Virus record (IMG/VR): IMGVR_UViG_3300028887_000002
Span: 64,001-128,000 of that record
Origin: a virus
Taxonomy: Duplodnaviria; Heunggongvirae; Uroviricota; Caudoviricetes
DNA: 64,000 nt
Direction: 5' to 3' (one strand)
The notes below the pieces were generated by a model. That model was not told where the DNA came from and made no database searches. It was given only the letters and a program-made list of their open reading frames with translations. This document shows positions 19,058 through 23,862 of the stretch, piece by piece. Position 1 is the stretch's first letter. Each line of letters begins with the position of its first letter. Both the position numbers and the translations under genes were made by a program.

Positions 19058-21046
19058 ATGGCATCAACTAACAGACCAACAATATACCAGCGTCTATCCA
19101 ATGTGTTTGGTAACAGTACGGTAATACCAGTTGACTATAATGGAAACAACAAGCGTGTAAACCGTTATGAACTGAATAACAGTGATGTATTATTCACCAC
19201 GACAAACAAGGATGAATATGAACGCAAGAAACTTGAACTGAAACAACAGCATTTACTTGCAAGGCAGTGGAAAAAGGCACAGTACGACATATCGTTTATG
19301 TCACTGGCAAGTCTCAGTAACGTACAGATGATGTACCGTGAGGCCGACCTTATGGACCAGTTTCCTGAAATCGGTACGGCACTTGATGTATTTATGGAAG
19401 AATCAACATATACACCAAACAAAGGGTTTATGGTTAACATATCTTCCAAGTCGAATCGTATCAAATCAATACTTTCGGATTTGCTTGTCAACAGGCTTTC
19501 GATTAATGTTACCCTTCCGATGATTTGCCGTAGCACCTGTAAGTACGGTAATACCTTTATGCTTTTGAATATTGATAAGGATAATGGTATTATCGGATGG
19601 CGGCAACTCCCAGTATATGAGATGCAACGGTTTGAAAACGACAATGAAAATCCTTATGCTTCGGCATTTATACCTACTAACCCAGACATTGATACAGATA
19701 AACCTGATACAACTAAATTTGTGTGGGTTGGAAAAAGTGAGTTTACCCCATATAGAAACTGGCAGATAGCACATTTCAGACTGCTCTATGATTCCATATT
19801 CTTACCATATGGCATGTCAATTTTGAACAAGGCACGTAGACACTGGCGCATGCTATCAATGATGGAGGATATGATGCTGTTATATAGACTTGAAAGGTCA
19901 GTGGAGCGTAGGGTATTCAAGGTTTATGTCGGCGCAATTGACGATGAAGACGTCCCTGCATATGTTGACGATATTGCAAACAGATTCAAGAGGACACAAG
20001 TAATTGACCCCGAAACTGGCCAGTTGGATTTGAGGAAGTGTGTACTTAACCAAGGCGATGATTTCTTTATCCCTACCCGCGACGAAAACGCATCAAGCCC
20101 TATTGAAACACTTCCAGCAGCACAGAATCTTACCGCTATGGACGATATAAAGTTTGTTCAGAATAAATTATGCACCGCATTGAGGGTTCCAAAACCGTTC
20201 CTTAACTTTGAGGAAGAGAAGGGCGAAGGAAAGAACCTTTCATTGCTTGACGTAAGGTTTACAAGAACAGTCAATATGATACAGCAGATGATACTGCTAG
20301 AACTCAACAAGGTTTGCGTTATACACCTGTATCTTTTAGGGTTCACAGATGACCTTACTAATTTCTCCCTTTCAATGAACAACCCGTCGTCACAGGCTGA
20401 GATGCTTGAGATTGAAAACATCGCCAAGAAGGTTCAGACCGCAAAGGATGCTGTTTCCGACCCAGGTGGCGGTATACCGCTTATGTCTATGACACGCGCA
20501 TGGAAGGAAGTTATGGGTTGGTCTGAAAAGGAAATTGAACAAAACTGGAACGAAATGCGACTTGAAAAGGCATTGGCACAGGAACTTGCACAGACCAGTG
20601 CAATCATTAAGCGTACTGGTGTATTCGATAGTGTTGATAACATCTATGGTGAACCTGGCGCCGAATATCCTGAAGGACAACAAGGTGGCGAAGGTGGTGA
20701 GGAAGGTGGTATGCCTGGTGGTGGCGGAGGAGGCTTCGGTGGTGGCCTTGACTTCGGTGGCGACATGGGTGGTGACCTTTCTGGTGCTGAAGGTGAGATG
20801 GATATGGGTACTGCCGCAGGTGAAGATATGGGTGGTGCTCCTGATATGGGCGGTGGAATGCCCGAACCTCCTGCTGGCGGTAAAGACGGTGGTAATGAAC
20901 CCCCACAACCTATGATGGAATCTAACGGACAAGTTTCATTGTTTGATAAGGCGTTTTTGGTCAATGAGGAACTTAATTCGGTGGCAAACGGTCTTAGGAA
21001 ATATCTCAGCGAAACAAAAGAAAATGACAATATATTCGATAAATAA
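19058..21046 (+). CDS. portal protein (T4 gp20-like) with Gly/Met/acidic low-complexity tail
   Basis: YGMSIL..ARR.W..L.MMED.ML.YR..R..ERRVFKV.VG, DDFFIP.R, IETLP.AQNL, ALRVPK. Confidence 0.93.
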   Translation: MASTNRPTIYQRLSNVFGNSTVIPVDYNGNNKRVNRYELNNSDVLFTTTNKDEYERKKLELKQQHLLARQWKKAQYDISFMSLASLSNVQMMYREADLMDQFPEIGTALDVFMEESTYTPNKGFMVNISSKSNRIKSILSDLLVNRLSINVTLPMICRSTCKYGNTFMLLNIDKDNGIIGWRQLPVYEMQRFENDNENPYASAFIPTNPDIDTDKPDTTKFVWVGKSEFTPYRNWQIAHFRLLYDSIFLPYGMSILNKARRHWRMLSMMEDMMLLYRLERSVERRVFKVYVGAIDDEDVPAYVDDIANRFKRTQVIDPETGQLDLRKCVLNQGDDFFIPTRDENASSPIETLPAAQNLTAMDDIKFVQNKLCTALRVPKPFLNFEEEKGEGKNLSLLDVRFTRTVNMIQQMILLELNKVCVIHLYLLGFTDDLTNFSLSMNNPSSQAEMLEIENIAKKVQTAKDAVSDPGGGIPLMSMTRAWKEVMGWSEKEIEQNWNEMRLEKALAQELAQTSAIIKRTGVFDSVDNIYGEPGAEYPEGQQGGEGGEEGGMPGGGGGGFGGGLDFGGDMGGDLSGAEGEMDMGTAAGEDMGGAPDMGGGMPEPPAGGKDGGNEPPQPMMESNGQVSLFDKAFLVNEELNSVANGLRKYLSETKENDNIFDK

Positions 21047-21070
21047 TAATTAACATAAATTTTTTGAATT

Positions 21071-21283
21071 ATGAACTGGAAGAAATGGGTTGCTGTTGGG
21101 ATAGCAACAGCAATAGTTATTACGGGAATTGTTTTGCATCTCGTACAACCGACAATCAGTTTCGCATGGACTGAACTGATGTGTACAGGTACATTCATCG
21201 GCGGTGGTATCGCTGGATATTTGTTCGGCAAGAACAATCCAGTTGTTGAACCGAAAGAAGAAAAACAGATTCTGAACGACTAG
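21071..21283 (+). CDS. small two-helix membrane protein (holin-like topology, unproven)
   Basis: Two hydrophobic segments and a charged C-terminus. Confidence 0.6.
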   Translation: MNWKKWVAVGIATAIVITGIVLHLVQPTISFAWTELMCTGTFIGGGIAGYLFGKNNPVVEPKEEKQILND

Positions 21284-21293
21284 AATTAAAGAA

Positions 21294-21367
21294 GACCACG
21301 TGCTAGAATTGGTTAATAGGTCGGTCTGCAAAACCGATTTTTAGTGGTTCAAGTCCACTCGTGGCCT
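21294..21367 (+). tRNA. tRNA-Cys(GCA)
   Basis: Cloverleaf; TCGGT-CTGCAAA-ACCGA; T-loop TTCAAGT; U discriminator. Confidence 0.9.
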
Positions 21368-21380
21368 CAAGTGAAACAAG

Positions 21381-21407
21381 AAAAGCCTGACGTTTGCCAG
21401 GCTTTTT
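21381..21407. terminator. bidirectional intrinsic terminator
   Basis: AAAAGCCTG...CAGGCTTTTT between convergent RNA transcription units. Confidence 0.8.
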
Positions 21408-21455
21408 GCGTTGTGAAAACACAACAGGGTTATTAACTGTTGTTTTAGAAAAAAA

Positions 21456-21516
21456 GTCTCAGGGACTATCACAAAACCACGTTTAGCCGACACTTAATGG
21501 TGTGAGAGTTTGAGAC
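21456..21516 (-). ncRNA. structured hairpin RNA at the 3' end of the tRNA operon
   Basis: GTCTCA...TGAGAC closing stem, TCACA/TGTGA inner stem, followed by a T tract. Confidence 0.4.
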
Positions 21517-21521
21517 ATTTG

Positions 21522-21603
21522 CGGAGAGGACAGGACTCGAACCTGCAAGTCCAGAGGACGGTGGTTTTCAAGACCACTGCATTACCAATTATGCTACCTC
21601 TCC
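21522..21603 (-). tRNA. tRNA-Ser(TGA)
   Basis: GTGGT-CTTGAAA-ACCAC, long variable arm, G discriminator. Confidence 0.92.
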
Positions 21604-21622
21604 AGTTAGCAAAGTAATGCTT

Positions 21623-21715
21623 TGGCGGAGAGAGGGAGGCTCGAACTCCCGCGCCAGATTTCTCTGGCCTATCGGTTTAGCAAACCGACCCCTTCACCAA
21701 CTTGGGTATCTCTCC
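21623..21715 (-). tRNA. tRNA-Ser(GCT)
   Basis: TCGGT-TTGCTAA-ACCGA, long variable arm, encoded CCA. Confidence 0.93.
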
Positions 21716-21730
21716 ATTAATAAATCGTTG

Positions 21731-21801
21731 TTATCCCTGGAGGAATCGAACCTCCACGACCAGAACCAAAATCTGGTGCACTACCATTATGCAAAGGGAC
21801 A
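21731..21801 (-). tRNA. tRNA-Gln(TTG)
   Basis: CCAGA-TTTTGGT-TCTGG; T1-A72. Confidence 0.92.
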
Positions 21802-21808
21802 TTTTAAG

Positions 21809-21883
21809 CACTCTGGATGGGACTCGAACCCATAAATCTCCACCGTGAAAGGGTGGTGTCCTAACCTATTAGACGACCAGAGC
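21809..21883 (-). tRNA. tRNA-Glu(TTC)
   Basis: CCACC-CTTTCAC-GGTGG. Confidence 0.9.
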
Positions 21884-21890
21884 AAAAAAG

Positions 21891-21977
21891 TGACAGATTT
21901 CTTCAAGTTTTTTAATTTTTTGTTCTAGCCAGTGTTTTAAAACTTGGTGCGTGGCCAGCACTTTACCAGTTCTGTCA
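21891..21977 (-). ncRNA. unassigned structured RNA (junction with possible kissing loops)
   Basis: TGACAGA/TCTGTCA closing stem; GTGC/GCAC and CAAGTTTT/AAAACTTG hairpins; CTGGCCA complementary to TGGCTAG. Confidence 0.4.
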
Positions 21978-22030
21978 AACATTCCATAAAACAGTTCACT
22001 GCCTCAACCTCTCTTTAAACATTTACAGAA

Positions 22031-22118
22031 GACTTATCGCTTTCTTGTTCTTGCTGGGCGCCAATCCAACAAGGAAAACTTGCTCCTATGTTCCGTGGAA
22101 TAGCCTCTACCACGAGTC
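22031..22118 (-). ncRNA. unassigned structured RNA
   Basis: GACT/AGTC closing stem; CGTGG/CCACG and CTTGTTGG/CCAGCAAG hairpins. Confidence 0.35.
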
Positions 22119-22160
22119 AAAATTTAGATTAGAAACGTCTTAGTGACCACCGACGTTTTG

Positions 22161-22234
22161 CGGTGTGTATGGGACACGAACCCATGACCCTCGGCGTGAT
22201 AGACCGATATTCTAACCTACTGAACTAACACACC
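22161..22234 (-). tRNA. tRNA-Asp body with non-canonical ATC anticodon
   Basis: TCGGT-CT-ATC-AC-GCCGA; Asp-like D arm and G discriminator; T-loop TTCGTGT. Confidence 0.85.
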
Positions 22235-22241
22235 ATAATAA

Positions 22242-22375
22242 AATCCTCATCAGGACTTGAACCTGAACTTCCTTCTTGCTTGCACACAGGATTACTTTTA
22301 CGGTTGCCTCACCAACCTCTCTGTACTGATGTTATCTCGGAGCGAGGGTTTACCAGTTCCCCTTCAGTTTGGATT
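22242..22375 (-). ncRNA. tRNA-like RNA with about 70 nt of structured insertion in the anticodon region
   Basis: D-like GGG-AACTGGTAAA-CCC, T arm TCAGG-TTCAAGT-CCTGA, AATCC/GGATT ends, inner GGTTG/CAACC hairpin. Confidence 0.55.
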
Positions 22376-22393
22376 GTTGTGTGTTCGCCATTG

Positions 22394-22465
22394 TAGCCTG
22401 ACCAAGAATCGAACTTGAATCTGCGGTTTAGAAAACCGTCGTTCTATCCATTGAACTATCAAGCC
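22394..22465 (-). tRNA. tRNA-Arg(TCT)
   Basis: ACGGT-TTTCTAA-ACCGC. Confidence 0.9.
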
Positions 22466-22489
22466 ATATCGAGAGTTTCTTTTCACTCC

Positions 22490-22628
22490 CAAGCCACTAT
22501 CTTCTATATTTAGAAGGTCGCGAGTACGGAGACGACCATTGGTGTTTCACCGAGGGCAAGCCCGCAAACCACTCGCTTGACCGCAAGCATCTCCCGTTTT
22601 TTTACGGGGCTTCCGTCGCAGTGACTTG
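22490..22628 (-). ncRNA. unassigned multi-stem RNA (about 140 nt)
   Basis: 10-bp closing stem CAAGTCACTG/TAGTGGCTTG; GCGA-CGGA/TCCG-TCGC; hairpins GCTTG/CAAGC, GGTG/CACC, CCCGT/ACGGG. Confidence 0.55.
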
Positions 22629-22639
22629 AACGCATAATT

Positions 22640-22772
22640 CCGTTTTCTACGGAAATTCATAGAAAACATTCTTTTCCTGCTTCGCCGAGCCACAACTTCT
22701 TAGGCCACTCGCGTGACGGTCGTCCATTGGAGGGTTCTCCACAGGCGTAAATTCGGGCGAACTCAGCCCTAC
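22640..22772 (-). ncRNA. orphan TnpB-type omega-RNA / IS607-family right-end scaffold
   Basis: GAATTTACGCCTGTGGAG...GAAGCAGGAA...AAAACGG; one frame reads VGLSSPEFTPVENPPMDDR..LRS..KQE, like a TnpB C-terminal tail; no tnpB ORF upstream. Confidence 0.7.
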
Positions 22773-22779
22773 TCACAAT

Positions 22780-23045
22780 ATTTTTAGCCCTTCGTCCCTG
22801 ATATTAAGGGTGGCGTTTGTTTTCGGTGGATTCTCTTTGTTCATCTCGGCAAGTCCATCCACCAGCAGATACCTGCAAGCCTTCCTTGTTTAGAGTCGCT
22901 ACGGTTAGAGGCTGTCATATCCGTCCACGACTTGATGGTGGCTGCCACTTAACGATGTAGTGCTTTCTGTCGGCTTTCACAACCACCATTACGTGTTATT
23001 ATCCGACCGCCAGCCTACGTCTACCTCACGGCAGTTGTCTGGTTT
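22780..23045 (-). ncRNA. large ornate, probably pseudoknotted RNA (about 265 nt), unassigned
   Basis: GC-rich non-coding region with ATGGTGGTTG/CAGCCACCAT, AGTCGT..ACGG/CCGT.GCGACT, AGGCTG/CAGCCT, GTCGG/CCGAC and GGTGGAT/ATCCACC pairings. Confidence 0.55.
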
Positions 23046-23052
23046 AAGTTCG

Positions 23053-23134
23053 TAGCGGAGGCGGGAATCGAACCCGCGAGGCACAAGGGCACGAGATTAT
23101 GAGACTCGCCAGCTACCACTACTGACACTCCGCA
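23053..23134 (-). tRNA. tRNA-Met(CAT), initiator-like, with atypical long variable region
   Basis: T1:T72 mismatch, GCGGAG/CTCCGC acceptor, CTCATAA loop, 14-nt variable region. Confidence 0.8.
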
Positions 23135-23140
23135 ATATCG

Positions 23141-23217
23141 CCGCACCGCCTCGACTCGAACGAAGACCTCATAACGCTTTTAACGTCATTGCACTACCAG
23201 TATTATGCTACAGTGCG
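23141..23217 (-). tRNA. atypical tRNA, loop TT-AAA-AG (nominal Phe(AAA) or undetermined)
   Basis: Intact acceptor, D and T arms; 6-bp anticodon stem ATGACG/CGTTAT. Confidence 0.65.
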
Positions 23218-23229
23218 TTTTTTTAATCA

Positions 23230-23330
23230 AATGGTCGGTGTTGGATTCAAACCAACTCGATGAGTTCTTAGTATCATCTTAACCGCATTACTGGCGTACC
23301 GACTGTTCAACTATTCGGCAACCGACCATT
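23230..23330 (-). ncRNA. non-canonical tRNA-like RNA (GTA-containing loop)
   Basis: 10-bp terminal stem AATGGTCGGT/ACCGACCATT, GCCGA/TCGGT arm, CGC-CAGTAAT-GCG, GATGA/TCATC variable arm, GTTGG-TTTGAAT-CCAAC. Confidence 0.6.
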
Positions 23331-23367
23331 CTCCTAAGAAAGGAGTAGCATGAAAAGTAAAATTGTG

Positions 23368-23449
23368 TGGGAGGAGGAGGACTCGAACCTCCGAAGGTGT
23401 TACCCGCCTGATTTACAGTCAGGTGCAATTGCCACTATGCGACCCTCCC
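23368..23449 (-). tRNA. tRNA-Tyr(GTA)
   Basis: CCTGA-CTGTAAA-TCAGG, variable arm, A discriminator. Confidence 0.93.
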
Positions 23450-23460
23450 GTTAAAAAAAA

Positions 23461-23515
23461 CAGAACCCTTTGATTTAACCCGTGCATAGTAAATTGTTTG
23501 CTGTTATAGGGTTCC
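23461..23515 (-). ncRNA. ACAGCAAA small RNA, copy 3 in transcript order
   Basis: GGAACCC-TATA-ACAGCAAA...GGGTTCTG. Confidence 0.65.
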
Positions 23516-23524
23516 ATGAAAAAA

Positions 23525-23603
23525 CAGAAGTCTGGTGATGTTCCTTTTGTGTTTAACTTAAAAAATGCAGAAAGTTTTAAAAGTTTTGCTGTAAATGACT
23601 TCC
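23525..23603 (-). ncRNA. ACAGCAAA small RNA, copy 2
   Basis: GGAAGTC-ATTT-ACAGCAAA...GACTTCTG. Confidence 0.65.
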
Positions 23604-23605
23604 AT

Positions 23606-23671
23606 CATTGGGGAACCCGCTAAGAACCGTTGTAAAAATAAATGTAACGGTGAGAACATCAGCCCTCAATG
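23606..23671 (-). ncRNA. long bulged hairpin between ACAGCAAA copies
   Basis: CATTG.GGG/CCCCAATG, GCTGA/TTAGC and ACCGTT/AACGGT stems. Confidence 0.4.
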
Positions 23672-23679
23672 TTTTAGAA

Positions 23680-23742
23680 CAGAAGCCTAGAATTTTGGAT
23701 TAACAGTCCAGTCCTTAAAAAGGTTTTGCTGTAATGGCTTCC
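23680..23742 (-). ncRNA. ACAGCAAA small RNA, copy 1, carrying a tRNA-Asn-like anticodon hairpin
   Basis: GGAAGCC-ATT-ACAGCAAA...TGGA-CTGTTAA-TCCA...GGCTTCTG. Confidence 0.7.
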
Positions 23743-23768
23743 TTAAATATATTTTTTTTTTCAAATCC

Positions 23769-23783
23769 AATATGTCAAAGAAC
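23769..23783 (-). promoter_or_regulatory. boxA-like antitermination element
   Basis: GTTCTTTGACATATT about 30 nt downstream of the promoter, ahead of a 2.3 kb untranslated RNA operon. Confidence 0.6.
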
Positions 23784-23815
23784 TTTGTCAACTTTTATTT
23801 TGTGGATTGACGACA

Positions 23816-23847
23816 CAAAGGTAAATATAATTATTGAGACTACCAAA
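23816..23847 (-). promoter_or_regulatory. Bacteroidota sigma-A type promoter for the tRNA/ncRNA operon
   Basis: Minus strand TTTG-N20-TACCTTTG. Confidence 0.78.
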
Positions 23848-23862
23848 AAAAATTATTTTTTT

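Noticed and set aside
20680-20920. Overlapping opposite-strand and alternate-frame ORFs at the portal 3' end
   Set aside because: They are by-products of the Gly-rich GGT/GGC low-complexity tail.
21617-21835. 72-aa plus-strand ORF
   Set aside because: Antisense to three tRNA genes; spurious.
22246-22253. Hammerhead ribozyme core (CTGATGAG on the minus strand)
   Set aside because: No stem II followed by GAAA; the sequence is the T arm/acceptor of the tRNA-like RNA.
22470-23050. tmRNA or RNase P RNA
   Set aside because: No tRNA-Ala-like ends or tag reading frame, and no RNase P GAGGAAAGUCC-type P4 signature found.
23461-23742. CRISPR mini-array
   Set aside because: The units are not identical direct repeats; conservation is structural, spacing is irregular and there are no cas genes.
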